Position numbers and translations under genes: made by a program. A stretch of 47,940 nt of DNA from the NCBI RefSeq assembly GCF_006345805.1, contig NW_021834515.1, positions 1 through 47,940 on the forward strand. The letters run 5' to 3'. Below, piece by piece: positions 31,691 to 44,430 of the stretch (positions are counted from its first letter, which is position 1; each line of letters begins with the position of its first letter). The notes beneath the pieces were generated by a model, which was not told where the DNA came from, made no database searches, and was given only the letters and a program-made list of their open reading frames with translations. This DNA comes from Octopus sinensis (Eukaryota).

Positions 31691-34400
31691 ATCATCATCA
31701 TCGTTTAGCGTCCGCTTTCCATGCTAGCATGGGTTGGACAGTTCAACTGGGGTCTGAGAGGCCAGAAGGCTGCACCAGGCCCAGTCTGATCTGGCAATGT
31801 TTCTACGGCTGGATGCCCTTCCTAAAGCCAGCCACTCCGTGAGTGTAGTGGATGCTTTGTACGTGCCAGACTAGGCTGGCAAACGGCCATGATCTGATGG
31901 TGCTTTTTACATGCCACCGGCATGGAGGCCAGGTGAGGCTGGCAACGGCCACAATCAAATGGTGCTTTTTACGTGCCACCGGCACGGAGGCCAGTCAGGG
32001 CAGCACTGGCCACCGCCACGTTCGGATGGTTCTCTTATGTGCCACCGGTACTGGTATCATAGCTACAATTTCCATTGATGTTGATTAGTTTCGATTTTGA
32101 TTTTGATTTTCACTTGCCTCAACAGGTCTTCACAAGTAAAGTTTTGTGTCACAAGAAGGAAAGGTATGCATAAATGGTCTGGCTACATCCCAGGTAGAGG
32201 CCACAGGTTATGGTCTCACTTGTCCTGCCAAGTCTTCTCATGTACAGCATAATTTCAAAGGTCTCGGTCACCAGTCATTTCCTCAGTGAGACCTAAAGTT
32301 CGAAGGTCGTGCTTCACCACCTCGTCCCACGTTTTCCTGGGTCTACCTCTTCCACGGGTTCCCTCAACCGCTAGGGTGTGGCACTTTTTCACACAATTAT
32401 CTTCATCCATTCTCGCCACATGACCATACCAGTGCAAACGTCTCTCTTGCAAACCACAACTGATGCTTCTTAGGTCCAACATTTCTCTCAAGGTACTAAC
32501 ACTCTGTCGAGTATGAACACTGACATTACACATCCATCGGAGCATACTGGCTTCATTTCTTGTGAGCTTACGCATATCCTCAGCAGTCACGGCCCATGTT
32601 TCACTACCATGTAGCATGGTTGTTCGTACACATGCATCATACAGTCTGCCTTTTACTCTGAGTGAGAGGCCTTTTGTCACTAGCAGAGGTAAGAGCTCTC
32701 TGAACTTTGCCCAGGCTATTCTTACTCTAGCAGTTACACTTTCAGCACACCCGCCCCCGCTACTGACTTGGTCACCTAGGTAACGGAAGCTATCAACTCT
32801 TTCTAGTTTTTCTCCCTGGAATTTGGCAGAAGTTGGTCTCAGCGTATTTTCAGTGTTTATTGCTCCTGAGCATCTGCCACATGCAAAACTATCTTCCTAG
32901 TTAGCCTTCCTTTGACGTTGTTGCACCTCTTATGTGTCCATAGCTTACACTTGGTGCATCTTATAGAGTTTCTACCTACGCCTTTTCTACAGATCGAGCA
33001 GGACCATCTACCTGAAGGGGTTTGTGATTTGTCTACCTTCCTACTTATTAGGACTTTGGTTTTAGCTAGGTTGACTCTTAGGCCCTTCAATTCTAATCCT
33101 TGCTTCCACACCTGAAACTTCTCCTCCAGTTCTGATAGTGACTCAGCAATTAGAGCAAGGTTATCAGCGTAGAGGAGCTCCCAGGGGCATCCGATCTTGA
33201 ATTCTTCTGATATTGCCTGGAGGACTATGATAAATAGGAGGGGTGAGGACTGAACCTTGGTGGACCCCTACCTCTACCCAGATATCTTTACTGTACTCAT
33301 TGCCAACCCTCTCCTTACTAGCAGCGTCCCTGTACATGGCTCGCACAGCTCTCACTAACCATTCATCTATCCCTAGTTTCCTCATTGACCACCAGATAAG
33401 GGATCGGGGGACCCTGTCAAAGGCTTTCTCCATGTCAACGAAAGCCAGGTACAGGGGCTTATCTTTGGCTAGGTATTTCTCCTGCAGCTGTCTTACCAGG
33501 AATATGGCATCAGTGATACTTTTCCCTGGCATGAACCCAAACTGCATCTCATCTAAACTGACTCTCTCTCTAATTAGTTGGGCTATGACCCTCTCCGTAA
33601 CCTTCATTACCTGATCCAACAGCTTGATACCTCTGAAATTATTTGTATCGAGGGCGTCTCTTTTACCTTTGTAGCAGTTGACTATTATGCTGCTACACCA
33701 GTCATTGGGAATGACTCCTTCGTGTATCACCTGGTTAACTATACGGGTGACTAGGCTATAGCCGGTACTGCCAGATATTTTGAGCATCTCTGCAGTAATT
33801 CCTGATGGGCCTGGGGCTTTCCCTGTCTTCATGCTTCTAATTGCCTTAACTACCAAGGAACTGTCAATTCGGATAGCTGGTCCCTCTGTAGGGTTGACAT
33901 TCGGCAGACTCTCTTTATCCCATTCATTTCCTTTATTCAGCAACCTTTCATAGTGGCATCTCCAAACCTCTGTCTTTGCAGCCCCATTTAGCACAAGAGA
34001 ACTATCATCCATGCGGACACATTTCTCTCTTACCACATCACAATTCTCTCTCACACACTGTCTCGCAACATGAAATACCTCAAGGTTTGGTCCTCATGGC
34101 GCAGAACGTTGGCAAATTTTTTCTTATCTGCTTCCCCTCTGGCTAAATCAACCAGTCTCCTAGCTTCTCTTTTGGCAGTCTGATACAATTCCCTGCTGCT
34201 ACCATTCTTCCAGTCCTTCCAAGCCTGTCCCTTTTCTCTAATAGCCCTGTATTTAACATTGTTCCACCACCACGTTATTTTAGGTCGAGAAGGGACTTTG
34301 CACCAACCACAGATCTGGTCAGTGGCTCTCAGCAGGTTGTCCCTTGGTAACCTCCAGTTGTCTTCTACCCCATGTGAAGCTATATCCCCTTCTACTTCGT
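31691..34400 (-). mobile_element. 5'-truncated RTE LINE (~2.7 kb): RT with PHD-like finger, 3' UTR tandem units, (GAT)n tail
   Basis: KAPGPSG, NFRGIKLL, QFGFMPGKS, AFVDMEKAFDRV, GVHQGSVL, YADNL, LHGSETW, RRLHWYGHV, GRPRKTW; frameshifts. Confidence 0.92.
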
Positions 34401-34404
34401 ATAT

Positions 34405-34438
<34 letters not shown>

Positions 34439-34523
34439 ATATATATATAATATATATTATATATATATATATAATATACATATATATATATATATATACA
34501 TATATAATATACATATATATATA

Positions 34524-35300
34524 TCTCTTATTATAAAAGGCAGATTTTATCTGCCTCCCTTTGTAACTTATAGAAATCTACAATATAGGATTTCTTCAAT
34601 TACAATTTACCTAGCATTTTTAAGAGTAGAATGCATCAGGTCATGCCAGGTCCAGTTTTTAAAATTTAAACTCCAGTTAAGCAAAATTTACAGAAAACTC
34701 ACATTCTGGTGTGTATGTCAAATGCTTTTCTTAATGTGGTTTACACCACACGCACACACACAGTGTGCAACGAGTAAAATTAAAATAAATAGCGACAGAG
34801 TGATTTGAGGAAGACTAAACTGAAAGTATTTAAACCACTATTCAAAAAATAAAAAAACACAGCAAACAGAAACAAATAAATACATAACGATTTACTCCAC
34901 ACACAATTTCTTCAATTAGAGTGTACCCATGATTTTTCAGAGTACTTCAGTGGGTGATGCCATAAAAAATTTCTTTCAATTTTACCACCAATTAAGACAA
35001 AATCGAGAAAACTCAATATTTTAACATATCACTCCGAAAGCATTGATGTACATGTGTGCATGCGTGAGTGTGTGTGTATCATTCCTCACACACACGCATA
35101 CACATACATATATGAGAGTGGCAAACACAAACGTTTCAAACAACTACATACAAACACGTGTGTTTGTTATTAGTAAAAAAGGCGCCAAAACACAACTCAC
35201 TTATCATTCCAACACATTTGCAAAGACACACGGACGGTGGAATTGCTATAACAATACAGAAAAGGTAAATTGGTGTTTATTTTACTCTGTATATATTTTA
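34524..35300 (+). mobile_element. Possible non-autonomous Helitron 5' portion
   Basis: A|TCTCTTATTATAAAAGG start resembles the other Helitron 5' ends; no 3' hairpin/CTAG found; right boundary uncertain. Confidence 0.3.
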
Positions 35301-35427
35301 TTATATAATATTATATATAGATATACGTATATATAATTGCAGTATGAAACAGTGTTTATGTATAAACAGACGACACTTATATATAGTTATTATAATAAGA
35401 GATTAATAAATGTATGCATCCGTTTAA

Positions 35428-35752
35428 CCCTTTCGTTACCAAACCGCCCGAATTTACCTATTCATATTTAAATGAGAATATCAGAGCAAATCTCTTTAGT
35501 ACATTCGTGAAAACACGTATTATACTTCGTAAACACTTCAACTACAGTTTTGTACAAAAATCGAAGTATAATTTTAATTCCGTGAATTATGGGAGATTTT
35601 TTTCCGAAATTTGTTCCTGTTGTGTTTCAAAATTTGTAATTCTGACAAAAAATGGATACGAATTTCATTATATCAAGCAGCGAGTCAGAATTCAAAGGAT
35701 TTTCTACTGAAGACCTTCATAAATCTGACTCTATGACTGAAAAAAAAAAGCA
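35428..35752 (+). mobile_element. piggyBac 5' fragment, same family as 6786-7812
   Basis: TTAA-CCCTTTCGTTAC; matches ~6840-7158 including MDTNFIISSSESEF; one ACCAAACCGCCC repeat instead of two. Confidence 0.85.
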
Positions 35753-36145
35753 TCTTTATATAAGAGTGAAGTTGTGTGTCTGTCTCCTACGATTTAGATT
35801 CCTAACTACTCCCACATTTTGCAGTGCAGTTTAACCAAAAGCGGGTATCTTATAGTCGTGATTCATATCGAGCCCTTCTGGGTATTAGCGCGCGTCTACG
35901 ATGAGTCTACGATTTAAAAAAAAAAACCATCATATTTTTCCATTTTAATGCATTTTTTCGCTTTTGTATAAGGGAAGTAACTCTCTAAAAATATCTACGA
36001 TGTGTCAACGATTTAAAAAATAATTTACCTTAATTTTTTTTCAATTTTTAATGCATTTTTTTGCTATTTTTTGGCTATAACTCTCTAAAAATGCTTATAT
36101 AGTTATTTCCCTTACAACCCGAGCAACGCCGGGCGATACTGCTAG
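35753..36145 (+). mobile_element. Non-autonomous Helitron (393 bp)
   Basis: 5' TC, 3' hairpin CCCG-AGCAACGC-CGGG then CTAG, inserted between A35752 and T36146, no TSD. Confidence 0.8.
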
Positions 36146-36163
36146 TACATATATATATATACA

Positions 36164-36216
<53 letters not shown>

Positions 36217-36265
36217 GTATATACATGTACATATATATATATATATATATAAATATACACACATA

Positions 36266-38263
36266 CATCATCATCATCATCGTCGTTTAGCGTCCATTTT
36301 CCATGGTAGCATGGGTTGGACGGTTCTACTGGGGTCTGTGAAGCCAGAAGGCTTCATCAGGCCCAGTCAAATCTGGCAGTGTTTCTGCGGCTGGATGCCC
36401 TTCCTAACGCCAACCACTCCGTGAGTGTAGTGGGTGCTTTTTACGTGCCACCCGCACAGGTGCCAGACAGAGCTGGCAAACGGCCACGAACGGATGGTGC
36501 TTTTTATGTGCCACCGGCACAAGGGCCAGGCGAGGCTGGCAACGGACACGAAATGGGGCGGTGCTGGCAACGGTCGCGAAACGGAAGGTTCTCTTACATG
36601 CCACCGGCACTGGTAACACATCTGCAATTTCCATTGATCGATTTCCATTCTGATCCTCACTTGCCTCAACGGGTCTTCACAAGTAGAGTTTCGACATGCC
36701 ACCGGCACTGGTAACACATCTGCAATTTCCATTGATCGATTTCGATTCTGATCCTCACTTGCCTCAACACGTCTTCACAAGTAGAGTTTTGTGTCCCAAG
36801 AAGGGAAGGTATGCATACGTAGGCTGGCTCCATCCCAAATAGAAGGCCACGGGTTATGGACTCACTTGTCCTGCCGGGTCTTCTCGCGCACAGCACACTT
36901 CCAGAGGACTCGGTCTCTAGTCATTTCCACAGTGAGACCTAAAGTTCGAAGGTCGTGCTTCACCACCTCGTCCCACGTTTTCCTGGGTCTGCCTCTTCCA
37001 CAGGTTCCCTCAACCGCTAGGGTGTGACACTTTTTCACACAACTATCTTCATCCATTCTCGCCACATGACCATACTAGCGCAATCGTCTCTCTTGCACAC
37101 CACAACTAATGCTTCTTAGGTCCAGCTTTTCTCTCAAGGTACTTACACTCTGTCGATTATGAACACTGACATTACACATCCATCGGAGCATACTGGCTTC
37201 ATTTCTTGTGAGCTTACGCATATCCTCAGCAGTCACGGCCCATGTTTCACTGCCATGTAGCATGGCTGTTCGTACACACGCATCATACAGTCTGCCTTTC
37301 ACTCTGTGCGAGAGGCCTTTTGTCACCAGCAGAGGTAAGAGCTCTCTGAACTTTGCCCGAGCTATTCTTACTCTAGCAGTTACACTTTCAGCACACCCGC
37401 CCCCACTGCTGACTTGGTCACCTAGGTAACGGAAACTATCAACTATTTCTAGTTTTTCTCCCTGGAAAGTGATGGAAGTTGGTCTCAGAGCATTTTCAGT
37501 GTTTATTGTTCCTGAGCATCTGCCACATACAAAAACCATCTTCCTAGTTAGCCTTCCTTTGACATTGCTGCACCTCTTATGTGCATCTTATAGAGTTGGT
37601 GCATCTTATAGAGTTTCTACCTACACCTTTTCTACAGATCAAGCAGGGCCATCTACCTGAAGGCGTTTGTGATTTGTCTACCTTCCTGCTGATTACGACT
37701 TTGGTTTTAGCTAGATTGACTCTGAGGCCCTTCGATTCTAATCCTTGTTTCCACACCTGAAACTTCTCCTCCAGTTCTGATAGCGACTCAGCAATTAGAG
37801 CAAGGTCATCAGCATAGAGGAGCTCCCAAGGGCATCTGGTCTTGAATTCCTCCGTTATTGCCTGGAGGACTATGATAAATAGGAGGGAGCTGAGTACTGA
37901 GCCTTGGTGGACCCCTACCTCTACCCGGAATTCTTCACTGTACTCGTTTCCAACCCTCACCCTACTAGCAGCGTCCCTATACATGGCCCGCACAGCTCTC
38001 ACTAACCATTCATCTATCCCTAGTTTCCTCATTGCCCACCAGATAAGGGATCGGGGGACCCTGTCGAAGGCTTTCTCCATGTCAACAAAAGCCAGGCACA
38101 GGGGCTTATCTTTGGCTAGGTATTTCTCCTGCAGCTGCCTTACCAGGAATATAGCATCAGTAGTACTTTTCCCTGGCACAAACCCAAACTGCATCTCATC
38201 TAAACTAACTCTCTCTCTAATTAGTTGGGCTATGACCCTCTCCGTAACCTTCATCACCTGATC

Positions 38264-38268
<5 letters not shown>
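36266..38268 (-). mobile_element. 5'-truncated RTE LINE with a 98-bp tandem duplication (36596/36694) and a deletion in the PHD-like finger
   Basis: ORFs 37577-38269 (WELLYADDLAL), 37075-37539, 36862-37065; matches 31691-33620. Confidence 0.92.
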
Positions 38269-38310
<42 letters not shown>

Positions 38311-38353
38311 TGAAAGAATGGAGTCGAACGAAGATGTTAACAAAATTCCTTTA

Positions 38354-38433
38354 CTCTCGACATGTTTCGAAGACAGCATATATTTATTCTGAAGGAATTA
38401 AGGGTGCATTATGCAATCTTCGCATCAGGAAAG
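38354..38433 (-). ncRNA. Type I hammerhead candidate in an orphan ~310-bp repeat (38308-38620)
   Basis: CTTTC-CTGATGC-GAAGA-(43 nt)-TCTTC-GAA-AC-AT-GT-C-GAGAG: all three stems pair, GUC site, A9 replaced by C. Confidence 0.6.
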
Positions 38434-38615
38434 ATAAGGAGCCTCTCTCAACCACAAGACGAACAAAAATTTTGATGATTGCCTACATGGTGATCACAGC
38501 GAGAAAGGGTGTTTGACAGGTCGCTTCAACCACGTTTTCTGACGTGAATTTGCTACCCAGGTTTCGGTTCAACGAATTTTCCATGCTGACGATAAACATA
38601 GGATAATTCATTCAC

Positions 38616-38644
38616 CTACTTATATACATATATATATATATATG

Positions 38645-38722
<78 letters not shown>

Positions 38723-38966
38723 TGTATATATATATGTATATATACATATATGTATATATATATGTATATATACATATATGTATATATATAATGTATACCT
38801 CCCTGCTTCCTTTTCCTGAGCGCCTATTAATAATAATACTGTAATTGTTCCATTGTGTTGTTTTTTTGTTTCCCGTTTGGATTAAAATTATACATATATA
38901 TATGTATATATACATATATATATATGTATATATACATATATATATATGTATATATACATATATATA

Positions 38967-39000
<34 letters not shown>

Positions 39001-39032
39001 ATATATATGTATATATACATATATATACATAT

Positions 39033-39095
<63 letters not shown>

Positions 39096-39644
39096 TATAT
39101 ATGTATATATACATATATATATGAAAAAACAAGTCAAAATAGAAAATGCTAAAATAAATTTATAAAGAACATTTTAGTACCGGTTTCGGTCATTTTGAGA
39201 CCTTTTCGACTGTAATGATTAAATAACTAAATTTAGAAAAATTACAAGAAAAGTTTTTTTAAAGGAATAATAGTATACTGTTCAGATATAAGTGGCATTC
39301 TGCCTTTCTCTGACTCCCTTGTTTGCACTTGTGTGTTCGAGGTCATTGTGAATTCTTGGTAGGGTAGAAGGACAAGAAGGCTGATGAGGAAAGGGGGTGG
39401 AAAAATTTGGGAGTGCCTTGATTGTTGTATTTTGAATGGTCAGTGACGGCTATAAATATCAATTTCTACCCTTAATTAATCATATATATATGTATATATA
39501 CATGTGTATATATACATATATATATGTATATATACATATATATATGTATATATACATATATATATGTATATATATACATATATATATGTATATATACATA
39601 TATACATATATATATGTATATATACATGTGTATATATACATGTG

Positions 39645-39676
<32 letters not shown>

Positions 39677-39866
39677 TATATGTATATATACATGTGTATA
39701 TATACATATATATATGTATATATACATGTGTATATATACATATATATATGTATATATACATATATATATGTATATATAAATGTGTATATATACATATATG
39801 TATATATACATAAATATATATATATATATATACATAAATATATATATACATAAATATATATATATA
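38616..39866. repeat. (TA)n/(TATACA)n blocks (38616-38790, 38890-39121, 39480-39866) separated by short non-repetitive islands
   Basis: Direct inspection. Confidence 0.9.
39170..39217 (-). ncRNA. Type I minimal hammerhead candidate with U3:A8 core in an orphan ~350-bp island (39122-39480)
   Basis: CATTACAG-TCGAAAA-GGTC-TCAAAAT-GACC-GAA-AC-CG-GT-A-CTAAAATG: stem I with a 2x2 internal loop, 4-bp stem II, palindromic ACCGGT, GUA site. Confidence 0.6.
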
Positions 39867-42800
39867 TGGAGACGTAACGAGCTGGATTTATTCGTACGAG
39901 CATGGGAGTGCGCCGGCGGAGATAGCCCTAGCGAGGTGATTGCGGCTGCGCTGAAGAGCAGAGGCTACAAGAGGGCAGCGGCTCAGATGGAGCGAAAGAG
40001 ACAGGAATTCGTGCGCTCATATGCGCTTGTACGGTCGCACATTGGCGCACTTGATGCCATCTTTGAGAACGAGCGGGGCAAAGATGGCAAGAATGGAGAC
40101 GATGAAAGAAGTCACCCCCACCTGGTGGACGCCCAGGAGGAGGTTTTGAATGAGAACCTGCCCGGGAAGTGAACCCAGGTGCAAGTTCTCCAACCGGCAG
40201 CAAGGGCCATGGAGACGGAGAACCCGGTGAAGAGGTAGAGGGAGGAAGAAGAACTAAAAGAAGGACTGGAAGAGCTAAAGGAAAAGAAAAAAGCTCAAGC
40301 AGGACCAAAGAGAGAAACAACCAGGAGTAGAAGTGGAACCGCAAAGGATGGAACCAAACAGCGCACACGGGTGTGTATGTTCTACCTGAGAGGTTCCTGC
40401 TGGCACGGAAAGGAAGGTGCAGGCTGCCGCTTTGCACATCGGGGACCCTGCCACAGAGACACGAGGCAGATGGACAAACCATCACAACAAAGAAAAGGGA
40501 TGGACTACGCACCACCTGCCCCAAAGCGGAGGTACGCAGATGTTATGCGCGCCACAAACAGCCAACATGATGTTGTTGAAAGAGCAGCTGCTGAGCAACA
40601 ATCTTTTTTGTGCATGGCACAAAAGATTGTACAGCAGCTGACCTGGCTTCATCAAACCCAAGCCCGCAGGTGGGACTACTCACTATATACCAGACCACCA
40701 CAGCAAACAGACACAGGATGGACACCGCCGGCAACAACGTACACCTCACCTCGATACTCCTACTCAACATCAGAGGACTGCAAACACTCAGTAACAGGGC
40801 AAAGATCCCGTTCCTGAGAGACGTTGTTGCATGCAATCAAGCCTTATGCATAGCACTTACAGAAACGCACCTGAAACCGGACATAGCAGATGCGGAGTTA
40901 CACATACCACAGTATGCTGTACTACGGACCGACAGGAAAGAAAGGAGTCATGGAGGTGTTGCTATGTACATCCGTGAGGACCTCACACCCCAGGTCCTCT
41001 TGTCATACTCAAACTCGGTGTGTGACACACTAATTGTACATATTAGGCAACTTGATGTAGTTGTGTGTGCTACATATCGCCCTCCAGATGCCCCAAGCCA
41101 TGTGGGCAAGTTTGAAGACTGCCTTATAAAAATAGAAGAAATTCTAACCACATTAGAACAACACATAGGTGTGCTTCTTATGGGAGACTTCAATCTGCCC
41201 AATGTCAGATGGCCCGAGGGCATTTCTCTCCCAGGAATGACAAGATGTGAACGAGGACAGGCGAGGTCCTCTCCTGAACCTCATCACACCCTGTACATGG
41301 AGCAGGTAATACTCCAACCACCAGGGCAGGTAACACACTGGATCTCTGCTTCACAAATGACATGGATCTCATCCATAATGTGAAAGTGACACCGACACTA
41401 CTCTCGGATCACAACATGATAGAGCTGACCATGTACGGGCCAAAAGAGAGCACGGACATGCAGCCTACAAGAAACCCTCAAAATCTTTCCAGCTTGAACT
41501 ACCATAAGGCAAACTGGAAACAAATTGAGAAAGAGATCCTCAAACAAAACTGGCCTAAATGTCTCTCCTCACCAGACATCGACGTGAAACTTCAACAATT
41601 CATGTCTGTAATGCAAGCCATATGCTACAAATGTGTCCCAGAGAGAAAGGCCACTGTACACAAGAACAAAATCCCAGAGAGAGGAAAATTTAATGAGACG
41701 GCGTACGAAATTTTCAAATCGCCTAAACAAACAGATTGAAAGCAGTGAAAAGTCCCGCCTAAAAATAAAACTGTTGGGAATCGAAAAAATGTCTGCAACT
41801 CTCCCATGAAAAAGAAAGAGCAGACAAAGAAGCCTGGGCTATAGAAAACATAAAATCTAACCCCAGAGCTTTCTACAGGTATGCCAAAGAAACAGCTACA
41901 GTGCACTGTAGAATAGGGCCACTCCTCGAAAAGGATGGCACACTTACAGGAAAACCAATGAGGGTAAGTGAAATACTGAATGAGCAATTCAAGAGTGTTT
42001 TCACTCCACCCCTTGGGCATTCCAAAGCACCAATCCAACTGACTTTTTACCACTGCAGATATAAAATCAAATCAGAGGCGGCGACGATAGATTACATCGA
42101 TATAAAGGAAGACGATGTAACCAAGGCTATAGATGAAATGAAAACAGACTCAGCTACTGGCCCCGATGGATTCCCGGCAATCCTCCTAAAAGCATGTAAG
42201 AGAGTCCTAGCAAGACCACTGCAGTTCCTCTTTCAGAGCTTCCTTGCAGCTGGCAAACTTCCAGGAAAACTGAAGGAAGGTAAAATATGCCCCATTTAAA
42301 GGAGGTAGCAGAGCGGAAGCCAAGAACTATAGACCTATCTCTCTGACCTCACACATCAGCAAGGTCATGGAACGAATAGTCAGAAGGAAGCTGATCACCT
42401 TCCTTGAAGAGAATGACTTGCTGCCCGACACCCAACATGGTTCCGACCAGACCACGGGAGAAGCTGTTTAACTCAGCTCCTACAACACTATGACTGGGTG
42501 CTGAAACGGCTGCTCAACCACTCAAATGTGGAAGTGATATATCTCGACTTTGCAAAGGCCTTTGATAAAGTCGATCATGGAATGATATGTCACAAACTGC
42601 GTGATCTCAACATAGTTGGAAAACTGGGAGAATGGCTTCATGACTTTCTGAAGGATAGAAGTCAGGTGGTAGTAGCCAAAGGGGCCACCTCCATTAACAC
42701 ACAAATAGTGAGCGGTGTTCCGCAGGGCACTGTTCTGGGACCACTACTGTTCATAATGGCCCTCTCAGACATGCCCTCAGCCACGCAGAGAGCCACGATC

Positions 42801-43800
42801 ACAAGTTATGCAGATGATACAAAAGTTCACAGGCAATACAGAACCTGAGGACACTAAAACCTGCAATGTGAGCTGGACGAAATATACAAGTGGGCTGAAA
42901 AGAATAGCATGCAGTTCAATGCTGGAAAGTTTCAAGCTTTATACTATCAGCATGCAAAACTAAATGCAATACCCAATGAATACACTGGACCCGGAGGGAT
43001 TGCAATCCCAGAGGCACAATCAGTGCGTGACCTGGGTATTCACATGAGTGATGACGCGACCTTTCATGTACATGTTGCTAAACTGACAATGAAATGTAGA
43101 CGGCTGGCTGGCTGGATTCTTAGAACCTTTAGAACAAGAGAACAAAAAACCATGATGGTCCTCTGGAAGACACTTTCCTAAGCCACTTTGACTATTGCTC
43201 TCAGCTATGGTCACCATCCAGTGTCAAGTTGATCACAGAACTTGAGGCGATCCAACGAAGCTACACAAAGAAGATAGCCTCTATGCAGAATGTAAGCTAC
43301 TGGGAAAGACTCAAGAGATTAAAATTATATTCCCTGGAGCGTAGGCGGGAAAGATATGCCATAATATACATCTGGAAGATCCTGGAGGGAAGTGTCCTGA
43401 ACTTTGGCATCGAGAGTTACGCAAATGCCAGAACTGGGCGCCACTGCGTGGTGCCTAGGACGCCAAACCTGCCATCAAGATGTAGGACAAGATTCTGTGA
43501 TAGCCTGGGCTTCCGAGGCCCACAGCTCTTCAATATCCTCCCGAAGAACCTGAGAGACCTGCATGGGGTGGATACAGATGTCTTTAAAATGAAGCTGGAT
43601 CTCTTCCTGTCAGGTGTCCCAGATGAACCAACTTCACGGCAGGAAGGGCAGATGAGGGCAGCTGCATCGAACTCTCTCATGCACCAAATAGCAGTTGCTA
43701 GAAAGCCTCCATGAAGTGAAACCAAGTAGCAACACCAAATGGCGGTGCCCCAGCATGGCCACAGCTCATAAGCTGAAACTAGAATCAATCAATCAATCAA
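39866..43800 (+). mobile_element. Nearly full-length CR1/L2-group LINE: ORF1 (CCCH finger) + ORF2 (APE endonuclease + RT, ATG 40718 to 43714), multiple frameshifts
   Basis: APE: LLNIRGL, IALTETHL, SHGGVAMY, YRPP, GDFN, SDHN; RT: YRPISLTS, YLDFAKAFDKVDH, SGVPQGTVLGPLLF, YADD; (ATCA)n tail; (TA)n on both sides. Confidence 0.92.
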
Positions 43801-44169
43801 TATATATATATACATAAATATATATATACATACATAAATATATATATACATACATAAATATATATATACATAAATATATATATATACATACATAAATATA
43901 TATATACATAAATATATATGTATATATACATATATATATGATATATACATATATATATGTATAATACATATATATATATATGTATATATACATATATATA
44001 TATATACGTATATATACATATATACGTATATATACATATATATATATACGTAATATACATATATACGTATATATACTTATATATATATATATATATACAT
44101 AAAGATATATGTATATATACATGTATATATATGTATATATACATATATATATATCTTTCTCTCTTTCTC

Positions 44170-44375
44170 TTTCTCTTTTACTTGTTTCAGTCATTTGACT
44201 GCGGCCATGCTGGGGCACCGCCTTTAGTCGAGCAAATTGACTCCAGAACTTATTCTTTGTAAGCCCAGTACTTATTCTTTCGGTCTCTATTGCCGAACCG
44301 CTAAGTGACGGGGACGTAAACACACCAGCATCGGTTGTGAAGCAATGCTAGGGGGACAAACACAGACACACAAAC

Positions 44376-44430
<55 letters not shown>

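Noticed and set aside
31845-32060. Repeat-spacer pattern resembling a CRISPR array
   Set aside because: The spacers are related to each other, the array is part of the RTE 3' UTR, the DNA is eukaryotic and there are no cas genes.
38535-38600. Minus-strand GAAAC-CTGG-GTA motif near the 38354 hammerhead
   Set aside because: No recognisable CUGANGA-type core upstream.
39928-40524. 198-aa minus-strand ORF within LINE ORF1
   Set aside because: Antisense to a GC-rich coding region; no recognisable motifs.
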